Source: an uncultured Candidatus Saccharibacteria bacterium
GTDB taxonomy: Bacteria; Patescibacteriota; Minisyncoccia; UBA6257; GWB1-50-10
Length of the DNA: 64,000 nucleotides
NCBI GenBank assembly: GCA_964489845.1
Contig: CAZAZV010000002.1
Coordinates: 770 to 64,769, forward strand
Reading direction: 5' to 3'
Shown here piece by piece: positions 10,491 to 20,903 of the stretch. Under the pieces are notes generated by a model. The model saw nothing but the letters and a program-made list of their open reading frames with translations. It was not told the origin of the DNA and made no database searches. Made by a program: the position numbers and the translations under genes. Within the stretch, counting starts at the first letter, position 1; each line of letters begins with the position of its first letter.

Positions 10491-11095
10491 AGTTTGATAT
10501 CCGAAAGCGCCTTTTGTTCGACGAGCACCGCGTTGTGGTTCATGAGCTGCACAACATCGAGCGAACCCGCGCGGACGGTGTCAAGGCGCGTCATGTTCCG
10601 CACGGCGCGGTAAAACGCCTTGTTGTCATTCGCAGTGAGGAGCAGTGTTTTCTTTCCGCCCTGCAGCTGCTTCACGCACGTCCGCGCTTCCTTCGGCGCG
10701 AGGTTGGCGTCGAATGCGTCAATCACTTTCAGGCCGCCATCCCGGTATCGCCGCGAGAAAAGCACGGCAAGCGCCGCCCGCCGCTCCTTCTTGTTGATTT
10801 TCCCCGCGAAATTGCGAATCGCACCGCCGAACGCGACGCCTCCCCCTTTCCACAACGGCGAGCGGACGGAACCGTGCCGCGCGCGGCCTGTCCCCTTTTG
10901 TCGCCACGGCTTGCGGCCGCCGCCGCTGACATCGCCTCTCCCCCGAGGATACGAGCGCTGCACCCGCGTGTTCGCGAGTGCGACGGTGAACGCCTGCTTC
11001 AGGAGTACGCCGTTCCACGGCGTGTTGAAGAGCGTGTCGGAGACCTCCGTCGTGCCGACTTCCTCGTTCTTCAGATTGTAAACGGGAATGTTCAT
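10487..11095 (-). CDS. rplD: 50S ribosomal protein L4
   Basis: [19 protein letters not shown]. Confidence 0.97.
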   Translation of the reverse strand: MNIPVYNLKNEEVGTTEVSDTLFNTPWNGVLLKQAFTVALANTRVQRSYPRGRGDVSGGGRKPWRQKGTGRARHGSVRSPLWKGGGVAFGGAIRNFAGKINKKERRAALAVLFSRRYRDGGLKVIDAFDANLAPKEARTCVKQLQGGKKTLLLTANDNKAFYRAVRNMTRLDTVRAGSLDVVQLMNHNAVLVEQKALSDIKL

Positions 11096-11517
11096 TTTGA
11101 AATCACTTCAACGGCGCCGCCTTTCACGCCCGGGACGGCTCCTCGTATAAAAATCTGCTTTTTCTCCGCATCGACGTGCGCCACCTTCAGATTCTTCACC
11201 GTGACGCGCTCTCGTCCCATCCGTCCCGCCATCCGCTTCCCCGGCATGACGCGCTGGGGGTCCGTCGAGCCGATGGAGCCCGGCGTGCGGTGCGTCTTCT
11301 TCGTGCCGTGCGACTTCGGTCCGCCGCTGAAGCCATGCCGCTTCACGACGCCCTGGAATCCCTTTCCCTTGCTCGTGCCGACGACGGTCACCTTCGTTCC
11401 TGCTTCCGGGAATACCATGTCCCCACCCCCGCTCTTCACGAGGACCTCCGTGACCGGTACGACGATGTCGTTCTGCCACAATTGGGACATTCCTTTTTTG
11501 ATTCCCTTGAGTTTCAT
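11092..11517 (-). CDS. rplC: 50S ribosomal protein L3, shortened (141 aa)
   Basis: [38 protein letters not shown]. Confidence 0.95.
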   Translation of the reverse strand: MKLKGIKKGMSQLWQNDIVVPVTEVLVKSGGGDMVFPEAGTKVTVVGTSKGKGFQGVVKRHGFSGGPKSHGTKKTHRTPGSIGSTDPQRVMPGKRMAGRMGRERVTVKNLKVAHVDAEKKQIFIRGAVPGVKGGAVEVISK

Positions 11518-11565
11518 GTTTTAATCTTTTTCCCTTCGCTTTGCACTTTTCGCTTTACACTTTTA

Positions 11566-11682
11566 TTATCCTTGCCGCTGTTTGTGCTTCGGGTTCTTTT
11601 TACAAATCACATACACCCTGCCCTTCCGGCGGACAATCTGGCAATTCTTGCAAATCTTTTTGACCGAAGCTCTGACTTTCAT
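11566..11682 (-). CDS. rpmJ: 50S ribosomal protein L36 (absent from ORF track)
   Basis: Manual translation [38 protein letters not shown]. Confidence 0.97.
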   Translation of the reverse strand: MKVRASVKKICKNCQIVRRKGRVYVICKKNPKHKQRQG

Positions 11683-11783
11683 GTTTATAAACAACCGCGC
11701 CATCCCGCTTTTGGAGAAGCGTACTTCTCGTGTGTCTCACGCAAAATGCGGACCCTCAAAACGGGAGACGAGTCGTACTGAAA

Positions 11784-11812
11784 AGTGTACCTAAACGGAC
11801 AAAAACAGTCAA
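11784..11812 (-). promoter_or_regulatory. sigma70-type promoter of the rpmJ-rplC operon
   Basis: TTGACT-N17-TACACT on minus strand. Confidence 0.7.
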
Positions 11813-11834
11813 GAATCTACGAAATCACGCCGGT

Positions 11835-11877
11835 GACCAAGAAAACACTCCGAAAAAATCGGAGTGTTTTCTTGGTC
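11835..11877. terminator. Inverted-repeat terminator after the small Zn-ribbon gene
   Basis: GACCAAGAAAACACTCCGA / TCGGAGTGTTTTCTTGGTC arms. Confidence 0.75.
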
Positions 11878-11883
11878 TTTCGC

Positions 11884-12042
11884 TTAAGCACTTGGAGACT
11901 GATGCTCCGTTGCGGGCTGACCCTGGTCTTGCGGTTCTTGTTCCTGCCGAGGTTGAGTGTTCGCCTCAACCATCGGCACCTTGCACGCTTGGCACTCTCC
12001 CATCTGTTCGGAGGTTGCGCCGCACTGTGGACACTTGTACAT
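11884..12042 (-). CDS. Small zinc-ribbon protein, 52 aa (absent from ORF track)
   Basis: MYKCPQCGATSEQMGECQACKVPMVE..: CxxC-x9-CxxC with Q/P/E-rich tail; followed by a terminator. Confidence 0.72.
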   Translation of the reverse strand: MYKCPQCGATSEQMGECQACKVPMVEANTQPRQEQEPQDQGQPATEHQSPSA

Positions 12043-12311
12043 GTTTTTAAGGTCTTTACAACGACGTACGACTATTACCGTTTCCCAGAGTATGCCTTAT
12101 TAAACCACGTCTCGCGCATTATTGCAAAAATCCGAAGATGGATGTGCTGAAAGCGGCGGGTGAGTTATTAACCAGCAAGCAAAAGAGAGATAGAGAGGGT
12201 GGTTAAGAAGGCGACGGAGCAGCTCGGCGAGACGTTCAGGCGCCTCGGTAAAGAATGAAAACGAGAGACGAGTCGTACTGAAAAGTGTACCTAAACGGAC
12301 AAAAAACAGTT

Positions 12312-12341
12312 AAGAAAGCCCCGCGGGAGCGGGGCTTTCTT
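12312..12341 (-). terminator. Terminator of the surface-protein operon
   Basis: AAGAAAGCCCCGC-GGGA-GCGGGGCTTTCTT. Confidence 0.75.
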
Positions 12342-12351
12342 GGTTATTGTC

Positions 12352-13143
12352 CTATGAATGCTTCTTGCGTCGACTCCGGACACCACTGTAAATCGCGTAA
12401 CCGAGGAAGACGAGCACGACGATAATAGCTATGCCAAGGAAGATGCTATTTGTACCGAACGTCACGAATGTGGCAACTTGAGCAAGAATAGATCCCGGGG
12501 GCACAACGATAGGTTGCTCCGTCGTCGTTGCAAGCTGCTTACCGGAAGTCGTTGCTACTTCTGTTACGGGAGGCACAGTTTCCGTCGCGGGCTTCGAGGT
12601 CGGTGTTACTTGCGTAACCGGCGCTGTTTGCGTCGGCACCGATGGCGCCGCTATTGCTACCGTCGTGCGCACCGCTGCGCTCGCGAGCACGTTCTGATTC
12701 CCCGCGTCAAGCGTAAGCGAGGAATTATCAAGCGCGATGGTTCCGGTACCGCTCTTCTTAGCGTGGAACGTAACGGTCCCGAACGTGACTGCCGACGATA
12801 CGCCACCCGGATAACCGGCGGTCTTAACAAGAACACCGTTCGTGTTGTCGGTCAGGTCGTAACCGGACTGGGTAAGCGGCATCCAGGTATTCGCGAACGC
12901 AAACGAAGTAACTTCCAAGAGATTGGCGGGGTACTGGAGCTCCGTTTTGACGGTGTAGTTTTTCACTCCTCCTGGATTTACTCCAACCGTCAGTGTGAAA
13001 CTCTGGCCCTGGCTGACATTCACAGTAACCGGCGCGAAAGACACACTCGTCGCGGCAAGCGCAGGCACAACAAGAACGAATGCACCGGATATTCCTACTA
13101 ACAGGGCAACTATTGATCTCCGCATGATAGTTAAACTGTCCAA
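12352..13143 (-). CDS. Membrane-anchored cohesin-like domain protein
   Basis: Signal peptide, beta-rich domain (V.QGQSFTLTV..LQYPANLLEV..FGTVTFHAK..GTGTI), P/T linker, C-terminal TM plus basic tail. Confidence 0.75.
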   Translation of the reverse strand: MDSLTIMRRSIVALLVGISGAFVLVVPALAATSVSFAPVTVNVSQGQSFTLTVGVNPGGVKNYTVKTELQYPANLLEVTSFAFANTWMPLTQSGYDLTDNTNGVLVKTAGYPGGVSSAVTFGTVTFHAKKSGTGTIALDNSSLTLDAGNQNVLASAAVRTTVAIAAPSVPTQTAPVTQVTPTSKPATETVPPVTEVATTSGKQLATTTEQPIVVPPGSILAQVATFVTFGTNSIFLGIAIIVVLVFLGYAIYSGVRSRRKKHS

Positions 13144-14240
13144 TAAACCATGAGCAGGTTGAAATCAAGAACGTCGACCTTACCATCACTGTTGAAATCA
13201 GCCGTGTCACTCGCACCCGTATTCCCCCAATGTACCATGAGCGTGTTGAAATCCAACAGGTCAACCTTACCATCTTTGTTCATATCAACTTTCTGGGAAG
13301 CGGGAGTCACGCTTATTCCTCCGCCTCCGCCGCCTCCACCCCCACCACCACTTGGAGCCGGAGTAGAGACAGTGTGAGAAGCCAAGAAATAGGATGCCCT
13401 CGTTGCGCCGAAGGTGCATGCTCCAGCACCCACCACGCATGTTGCCGGTGACGTAATCCCATCGCTTGTCCAACCGGAACTACCGGTTGTCGAACGAGTG
13501 ACGTTCAATGTCTGACCATTGAAACTCGCGCCCACGAAGATGGTGATGCTTATCGGTGAACTGAATTGCAACTCGGTACCTACCAGTCCCCATTGAAGCG
13601 CCCCATCAGCCACTACGCCCGAACCGAGTCCGGAAAGCGAACTGACAGCGGTAGAACTCGCGGTTAGGTTATTGGCGTCAAAAGTTCCGCCCCCCGCTCT
13701 CGTAATCGTGGTACCCTGCGGAAGAACCACCACGCTCGTACCGCCACTCACTGCAATGCTCACCACCACCTGCTGGGTGGTATTGACGGAGGTAGCGCTT
13801 CCCGCGGCTCCGGAAACAGCGAGTGTTCCGTTGTCCAATAAACTCGTGAGATTGGTGCTGCTGACCTCCACTTGGTTGATGGCAAACGATAGATTCAACT
13901 GTTCAACCATACCACTCTCGAACTGGGCAATCTGCGGCGCTTCAATTCCGGAAACCGAGAAGTGAATAGTGTCACCCGTCTGCAAGTCATCTCCTTGAAC
14001 CAACAGTTTCTGGTCATAGGCGCCTGGACCTCCGTACTGTCCCGCTACCGCCGTTGTCACTCTTCCCTTTTCAACGCCGTTAACACTGGCTATGAGCACG
14101 GTACCGACAGGAGCAGGAGCGTTGTTTATGGTGAGATTGCCATAAAAGATGTGTGGTAATTGAGGTACCTGCGCAAGAGCGGCTATCGGTAACGCCAAAA
14201 GCGCGGCAGAAATAACAAGAGCTCGAATTGATTTTCTCAT
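13131..14240 (-). CDS. Secreted protein with C-terminal dockerin-type duplicated Ca-binding motif
   Basis: Signal peptide; poly-Gly linker; DMNKDGKVDLLDF..L / DFNSDGKVDVLDF..L. Confidence 0.8.
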   Translation of the reverse strand: MRKSIRALVISAALLALPIAALAQVPQLPHIFYGNLTINNAPAPVGTVLIASVNGVEKGRVTTAVAGQYGGPGAYDQKLLVQGDDLQTGDTIHFSVSGIEAPQIAQFESGMVEQLNLSFAINQVEVSSTNLTSLLDNGTLAVSGAAGSATSVNTTQQVVVSIAVSGGTSVVVLPQGTTITRAGGGTFDANNLTASSTAVSSLSGLGSGVVADGALQWGLVGTELQFSSPISITIFVGASFNGQTLNVTRSTTGSSGWTSDGITSPATCVVGAGACTFGATRASYFLASHTVSTPAPSGGGGGGGGGGGISVTPASQKVDMNKDGKVDLLDFNTLMVHWGNTGASDTADFNSDGKVDVLDFNLLMVYWTV

Positions 14241-14300
14241 AGGCGTAATGACTTCGAGGAACTCCCCCGACGTATTTTTGTCGGGGCGCCATCGTCAATA

Positions 14301-17036
14301 TTAGAGGTTGTTCTTCGTGAATGACTTGGCGGCATTCATAAAGACCCAGTAGCCGTCATGCGTGGAGAGGTCCTTTGCCGGCAATCCGGTAATGGGGTTT
14401 GCGTTCAGGTCTCTGTCCCCGTCGCTCGCCCATGGATTACTGCCGGAATCTTTCCGTGCGTTGTAGGTATCCGGTACGTAGAGCGTTATCATACCGGCCA
14501 CCGTTTCCGTGTTTTGGATGGACGAGAACTCGTCTTGTACCGTACCGGAATTATTCGTCCCGACCAAGTTCCATCCGGCGACGAGGTCTTTGCTTGTCTG
14601 TGACGGCGCACTGCTTGTGTCGGCGTACCTGAACCCTACGCCGCCACCACTATCTACCTTCGTGTAGAACGCGCTGATTGGTTTGACGATGTCCGCGTTA
14701 TCTGCGGCTGGCGAACCGAATGCCCCATTCCCATAAATGAGTAGTGCCACGGTCCCCGTCGCATTGTTATCCACAACCGCAGGTGCTTCAGAGAGAAGTT
14801 TCGGAGCGGAAATTAAAGCCCACGCATCTGCATCGGTGAGAGCGATGGTTTCGTCGTACGTATCTCCATTCGCTTCCAAGAGCCACGGCCGGTAACTGAC
14901 ATCCGCAGAAACCGCTCCGGCGGCAGGACCCGAAGCAGCGCCCCAGTAGTTATCAGTTGCATCAAGTGTTCCGGAACCTCGTGCGGCGTAACCGACCGCA
15001 GCCATCGAATTGTCATAGATACTGTTGTTGTGCACAACCGTCTCCGCGTCAATCGGCTGATTGACATATATCCCAGCAGCATTCCCGTATATCTCATTCC
15101 CCGCTACTGTCACCGCCGAAGAATCGGCGCGTACCGTCGAGGGCAAATTGGTGGTATAGTCGGTATTATCGAACGCAACGCCGGCACCTGCGGTATAGCC
15201 GTGGACTGCGTTGCCCGCTATCGAGGTCGCGTAGAACTGCCCGCCGATACCGGAGCCATTCGCGAGGGAATCGGTGCCTATGACTTCATTGTCAGAAATC
15301 ATACTGCTACTCAAATACCCCGTAATACCGAATTGGGAATTTTCTACTTTGTTGTTGGAGATGGTGGCTCGCGTGAGAACGCCGTCATTGGTATCTGCCG
15401 TATTGGCGTCATTGCCGCCGGTAATCCCACTCGTACCTGCACCTTTCACCAAGTTCTGCTCCACATCAGCTACCTTAGCTTGCCAGAGATTAATGCCATC
15501 AACACTCGCCGACTCAATAATGTTGTTTTTCACAACCACATTGTCCGTGACTCCTCTGACATGAATCGCCTTTGCCGGACTGCCGCCGATTGTGAAACCG
15601 TCGATGGTCACCGTACCAGTTATTGGTCCGAATGGACCGATTTGTACGGACCCGGACGGATCGCCGGAAGAAATGACGGATTCATCACCGCTTCGAGTTC
15701 TCGCATCATTACCTGCCTGTGCGCCGTTCAAGATAAGCGGCTTATTGATATGGAGCGTTTCACTATATGTTCCAGCTGCAACATTAATCGTGTCATCATT
15801 ACCCGCATTTGCAATCGCTTCAGCAATAGTGTTGTATCCGATCTTACTCGTCTCATTGAACGCGTTATAACTACGAGTTATGGAACAATCTGATGTTTCG
15901 CACCAAGGAGAGAACGAGACGGCTCCATCAAGACTGCTAGTTGCTGGGCCGGTCACGCTCCCCCAATAATTATTAGCCGCATTAATAGCTGGGCTTCCAG
16001 CGGTCGTTGAGATATTGTACTCGTTATCTGTAAACCTTACGTTAGTGATGCTAGATAGGATTCCCCCGCCATACGCAAGTACGCCCGCTGCAGTATCATC
16101 GTCAGGTGCATAGTTGAAATTGGAGATGTTTGCACCGGTAACAGACCCCGTAACAGTACCACCACCTCTATTCCACAAAACAATTCCATTCTGCGCAATT
16201 GCATCCGTCGGACCGGCGCCTGTAATGCTGCCACCAAAAACGGTTAAGGTAATGGTGGCATGTACGCCGCTCGTGGCACCATTGCCATTGATGGCATCAA
16301 TGCCGTTCTTCTGGAATCCAGAGATATCGCAATCACTCACGGTCAAATCTGCTGTTTGTTCGTTACCAGCGTCAACCGCTATTCCTTGTCCCGTTTGACT
16401 CCCGTTTATTGTATATGTACCGGCTATGGCACAATTTTCTAAACTACCCGTTGATGCATTCCAGAAAAGAAGAGCATCCGGACCACCGCTACCAGGCGCT
16501 TTCCCATTATCCTTAATACCCAAACTCTGGAGAGTAATATTGGTTGAGCTACTCACCAACACCGATACCTTCATGTTCGCGGTGTACTTGTGGGTAATAC
16601 CACTCGCAACGAGCATCGTCGGTTGTATAACGGTAGAGGACTTTCCAGCACCGATAATTAGTAAATCCGACTTATTGACCACTGAGAAACTTTCGTATTG
16701 ACCGGCTACGACGGTGATTGTATCGCCAGCGGACGCAGCATCAATAGCGGACTGAATCGAGCTGCAAACAGGATCAGTTGCACTGCATGTGCTGGTTGCA
16801 GACGAACCATCGACTGTCCACGACGTTGTCGCCGCTTGCGCAACACCCCCAAGGAACAAAAAACCGCTCACGAGTAACGCTGCGGTTATGATAACTGTAG
16901 AAACTTTGAGAACTGTTGAGTTGAAGAACGAAAAAGATTGTATAAGGGGTTCGCCCAAATGATTCATATTTTTAGGTGCTGTGGGGGCGTTTTGCAGAGA
17001 ACGTTCGACCTGCCATCCCGAGCAAATACCCCGCAC
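14301..17036 (-). CDS. Large exported right-handed beta-helix (pectin-lyase-fold-like) protein; true start probably downstream
   Basis: Two IQ.AI.AA..GDTI.V.AG.Y caps, N-ladder repeats, NYWG motifs, C-terminal AGWNLVG. Confidence 0.75.
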   Translation of the reverse strand: MRGICSGWQVERSLQNAPTAPKNMNHLGEPLIQSFSFFNSTVLKVSTVIITAALLVSGFLFLGGVAQAATTSWTVDGSSATSTCSATDPVCSSIQSAIDAASAGDTITVVAGQYESFSVVNKSDLLIIGAGKSSTVIQPTMLVASGITHKYTANMKVSVLVSSSTNITLQSLGIKDNGKAPGSGGPDALLFWNASTGSLENCAIAGTYTINGSQTGQGIAVDAGNEQTADLTVSDCDISGFQKNGIDAINGNGATSGVHATITLTVFGGSITGAGPTDAIAQNGIVLWNRGGGTVTGSVTGANISNFNYAPDDDTAAGVLAYGGGILSSITNVRFTDNEYNISTTAGSPAINAANNYWGSVTGPATSSLDGAVSFSPWCETSDCSITRSYNAFNETSKIGYNTIAEAIANAGNDDTINVAAGTYSETLHINKPLILNGAQAGNDARTRSGDESVISSGDPSGSVQIGPFGPITGTVTIDGFTIGGSPAKAIHVRGVTDNVVVKNNIIESASVDGINLWQAKVADVEQNLVKGAGTSGITGGNDANTADTNDGVLTRATISNNKVENSQFGITGYLSSSMISDNEVIGTDSLANGSGIGGQFYATSIAGNAVHGYTAGAGVAFDNTDYTTNLPSTVRADSSAVTVAGNEIYGNAAGIYVNQPIDAETVVHNNSIYDNSMAAVGYAARGSGTLDATDNYWGAASGPAAGAVSADVSYRPWLLEANGDTYDETIALTDADAWALISAPKLLSEAPAVVDNNATGTVALLIYGNGAFGSPAADNADIVKPISAFYTKVDSGGGVGFRYADTSSAPSQTSKDLVAGWNLVGTNNSGTVQDEFSSIQNTETVAGMITLYVPDTYNARKDSGSNPWASDGDRDLNANPITGLPAKDLSTHDGYWVFMNAAKSFTKNNL

Positions 17037-17081
17037 ATGTGGTGCTGAAATTAAGGAGCACCAAGTTTGGCCTTAGTTACG

Positions 17082-17109
17082 AGTGTAGAACCATTGAGCT
17101 CGATGTCAA
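17082..17109 (-). promoter_or_regulatory. Promoter of the surface-protein operon
   Basis: TTGACA-N16-TACACT. Confidence 0.6.
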
Positions 17110-17287
17110 GAGTAACCAAAACAGCGCCTCCCAGAGGTGGATAAAAAGCGGAAAACGGCATATCACGCCAAATTCGTCAAGAAAACTTAGTAACGAATTG
17201 AAAAAGAACGCCAGCAATCAACTACGGTGATTGCACTTTTAATACTCCGAAGCGGGTGGGTTTCTTTCAATCATTTTCTCTAGAACG

Positions 17288-17317
17288 AGAAACCCTGCCA
17301 TATGGCAGGGTTTCTCT
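17288..17317 (-). terminator. Hairpin terminator after rpsJ
   Basis: Palindrome GAGAAACCCTGCCATATGGCAGGGTTTCTC. Confidence 0.75.
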
Positions 17318-17318
17318 G

Positions 17319-17639
17319 TTACACCATCTTCACTTCCACGTCTATGCCGGCGGGGAGATTCAAGCTCCCGAGCGCTTCAACGATGCGCTGACTCGCTCCC
17401 GGCACTTCGATAAGGCGCTTATGCACCTTCATCTCGAACTGTTCGCGCGACTTCTTGTGCACGAAGGGAGAACGGTTCACTGTGTATCGCCGGATGGCGG
17501 TCGGCAGCGGAATCGGCCCGATGACTTCTCCGCCGTACCGCTGGATCGCCTCGACGATCTGGCGAACCACGCTCTCGATAAGGCGCGCATCGTAACTCCT
17601 GACGCGCAACCGCAATTTGCTTGTCTCCTCCTTAGCCAC
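17319..17639 (-). CDS. rpsJ: 30S ribosomal protein S10
   Basis: GPIPLPT, RSPFVHKKSREQFE, LPAGIDV. Confidence 0.98.
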   Translation of the reverse strand: MAKEETSKLRLRVRSYDARLIESVVRQIVEAIQRYGGEVIGPIPLPTAIRRYTVNRSPFVHKKSREQFEMKVHKRLIEVPGASQRIVEALGSLNLPAGIDVEVKMV

Positions 17640-17640
17640 G

Positions 17641-18837
<1,197 letters not shown>

Positions 18838-18929
18838 ATATGTGTGTTTCGCGCTGTTTTATGCGTGTTCGACCTTACTTCAGTTTTCGGTATCGGTAGT
18901 ATAACGAATCCGACGATAAATGGCAACCC

Positions 18930-19367
18930 TTACGGCGTCGCTCGCTCGCGCGACGGTTTGAGGAGCAGTGCGTAACCTGCGGCACTCACAGCAACCGCCG
19001 TGACAATACCGAGCGCGAGCGCGAGCGGCGAGGCGAAGCCGAGGTATGCCTGCCCCAGTCCCTGGAGCACCGCCGTCCCGAGCATGAGCCATCCCGCCGC
19101 TTCATGGAAGAGCAACACGCCCAGTGCGAGCGTGAAGAGGAGCGTCGCGTACGTCGAGGGAAACGGAAACCCGAACATATGGAACGTGTGGACGATGAGG
19201 CCGTTCGAAACGACGAGTGCGAGCACGATGCATGCGGCGAAGAAGCATGCGCGCTGCTTCGTTTCGACCCCTTTCGCGACGAGGACGAGCGCCACGGCGC
19301 CCGTGAGGTACGGGAGGTACACGGCGAACACTCGCATCACGATGGTAGTGACCGCGTGAAACTGCAT
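18930..19367 (-). CDS. Membrane protein, degenerate PAP2-like
   Basis: Several TM helices; FPSTYA resembles PAP2 FPSGH but lacks the His; start inferred. Confidence 0.5.
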   Translation of the reverse strand: MQFHAVTTIVMRVFAVYLPYLTGAVALVLVAKGVETKQRACFFAACIVLALVVSNGLIVHTFHMFGFPFPSTYATLLFTLALGVLLFHEAAGWLMLGTAVLQGLGQAYLGFASPLALALGIVTAVAVSAAGYALLLKPSRERATP

Positions 19368-19372
19368 ACGCG

Positions 19373-19579
19373 TTACTTCCCTGTGTATGGCAGGAGCGCC
19401 ATGCGGCGAGCGCGTTTCACCGCCCGCGCGAGCGCGCGCTGGTGCTTGGCGCAAATACCGGTGTGGCGCGGGTCGATGATTTTCCCCTGCGCCGAAACGT
19501 ACTGCCGCAGGAACCCGATGTCCCTGAAATCGATATCTGTGATATTCTTCGAACAAAATGCGCACTGCGTGTGTCTCAT
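19373..19579 (-). CDS. rpsR: 30S ribosomal protein S18
   Basis: [34 protein letters not shown]; start reassigned to MRHTQ. Confidence 0.96.
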   Translation of the reverse strand: MRHTQCAFCSKNITDIDFRDIGFLRQYVSAQGKIIDPRHTGICAKHQRALARAVKRARRMALLPYTGK

Positions 19580-19668
19580 GTGCCGAATGTGTCTAAATCT
19601 TACGAGTTGAGTGTAACGAAACGAAGTAAATTTAGCAACAGATTCGAGCATCCCGCCGCAGCGGGATT
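19580..19668 (-). promoter_or_regulatory. Hairpin+promoter cassette copy 1 (before rpsR)
   Basis: ATCCCGC..GCGGGAT hairpin, then TTGCTA-N17-TACACT; 69 bp identical to 22322-22390. Confidence 0.8.
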
Positions 19669-19671
19669 ACC

Positions 19672-20157
19672 CTAGAACGGTATGTCTCCGCTGTCGATTT
19701 CGATTCCGTCCTCGACCTGTATCTCCGGAACGCTCTCTGGCTGCGGCATCGAGGCGGGTTTCGCGGCTCCGCCGTACGGCCGGTTGCCGCCTCCGGGAGC
19801 CGTCGGATTCCCTCCCCCGACGCCCCCCGCGGAGCCGGGGCCGAACTGCACACGGTCGGCGACGACTTCCGTCCGGTATCTCGTCTGCCCGTCCTTGCCT
19901 TCCCACTTCCTCGTCTGCAGCCGTCCCTCGACGAAAACCGTCGCTCCCTTCTTCAGAAACTGGTGCGTGATTTCCGCCTGGCGCCCCCACACGACGACGT
20001 TATGAAACTCGGTCTGTTCCTGCTTCGCCCCCGCCTGGTCTTTCCATACCCGATTCGTTGCGACCGAGAAGTTCGTCACCGCCGTACCGGACGTGGTGTT
20101 CCGCAGTTCGGGGTCCCCCGTCAGCCGCCCGATGATGAATACTTTATTCAAATCCAT
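19672..20157 (-). CDS. ssb: Single-stranded DNA-binding protein
   Basis: LNKVFIIGRL..DPELR, VEGRLQTRKW, C-terminal DIPF. Confidence 0.98.
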   Translation of the reverse strand: MDLNKVFIIGRLTGDPELRNTTSGTAVTNFSVATNRVWKDQAGAKQEQTEFHNVVVWGRQAEITHQFLKKGATVFVEGRLQTRKWEGKDGQTRYRTEVVADRVQFGPGSAGGVGGGNPTAPGGGNRPYGGAAKPASMPQPESVPEIQVEDGIEIDSGDIPF

Positions 20158-20193
20158 ATCAGAAGCGTAAAGCGCAAAACGAAAAGTGTAAAG

Positions 20194-20538
20194 TTAGGCC
20201 TCGATTTTCAATCGGCGCAAACGCTTCGCCTGCAGGCGGTTCTTCGGGAGCATATTGCGGACGGCGCGGCGCACCGCTTCACGCGGGTCCCGCTCCAAGA
20301 GCTGCTCGAGCGTCCGCGACTTCAAGCTGCCGATGCGCGTGCTGTGGCGGTAGTACCGCTTCTGCGTAAGCTTGCTGCCAGTGAACTTGAGCGAAGCGGC
20401 GTGCACGATTTTTACGACATCCGTCCCTGCGAGGCGCGGTTCGTAGCTCGGTTCGTGCTTCCCCTGCAAGATGAGCGCCGCCTCCGTCGCGATGCGCCCG
20501 AGCGCTTTCCCTGTTGCGTCTATGACATGTTCTTTCAT
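20194..20538 (-). CDS. rplM: 50S ribosomal protein L13
   Basis: IDATG..LGRIA, LQGKH, YYRHS, MLPKNRL. Confidence 0.96.
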   Translation of the reverse strand: MKEHVIDATGKALGRIATEAALILQGKHEPSYEPRLAGTDVVKIVHAASLKFTGSKLTQKRYYRHSTRIGSLKSRTLEQLLERDPREAVRRAVRNMLPKNRLQAKRLRRLKIEA

Positions 20539-20539
20539 G

Positions 20540-20893
20540 TTACTTCACGAATTCTATGGTCGCCTTCCGCGCGTTGTCCTGCACGCGCCGTTCCATGTGC
20601 CGGATGACGCGGGTGTATCCGCCGTGCCGCTCGGCGTACCGAGGCGCGATCTCGTGCTGCATCCGGTATGCCGCCTGTTTCGGCAGCCGTTTCAGGAGCT
20701 GCCGCAAACCCGCGATGTTCTGCCGCTTGCCGTAGGTCACCAAGCGGTCCGCGAGCCGCTTCAATTCCTTCGCGCGCGCTTCCGTCGTCACGATGCTGTC
20801 CCGCATCACGAGCTGGTACGCCAAATCACGCAAAAAGTTCTTGCGGTCGCCGCGCTCTCTGCCGAATTTTCTGCCGCGCTTCAGGTGACGCAT
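20540..20893 (-). CDS. rplQ: 50S ribosomal protein L17
   Basis: MRHLKRGRKFGR, TTEARAKE, GGYTRV. Confidence 0.97.
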   Translation of the reverse strand: MRHLKRGRKFGRERGDRKNFLRDLAYQLVMRDSIVTTEARAKELKRLADRLVTYGKRQNIAGLRQLLKRLPKQAAYRMQHEIAPRYAERHGGYTRVIRHMERRVQDNARKATIEFVK

Positions 20894-20903
20894 AATTCAC
20901 GTG

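Larger units (their letters stand above)
11761..12315. repeat. ~55-bp direct repeat (11761-11815 and 12261-12315) containing the operon promoter
   Basis: ACG(G/A)GAGACGAGTCGTACTGAAAAGTGTACCTAAACGGACAAAAA(A)CAGT(C/T)AAGAA occurs twice. Confidence 0.92.

Noticed and set aside
11785-12150. 121-aa + strand ORF
   Set aside because: Runs through a promoter and terminator; the minus-strand Zn-ribbon ORF fits better
14767-14775. DnaA box / oriC
   Set aside because: A single box inside a CDS; no box cluster or dnaA in the window
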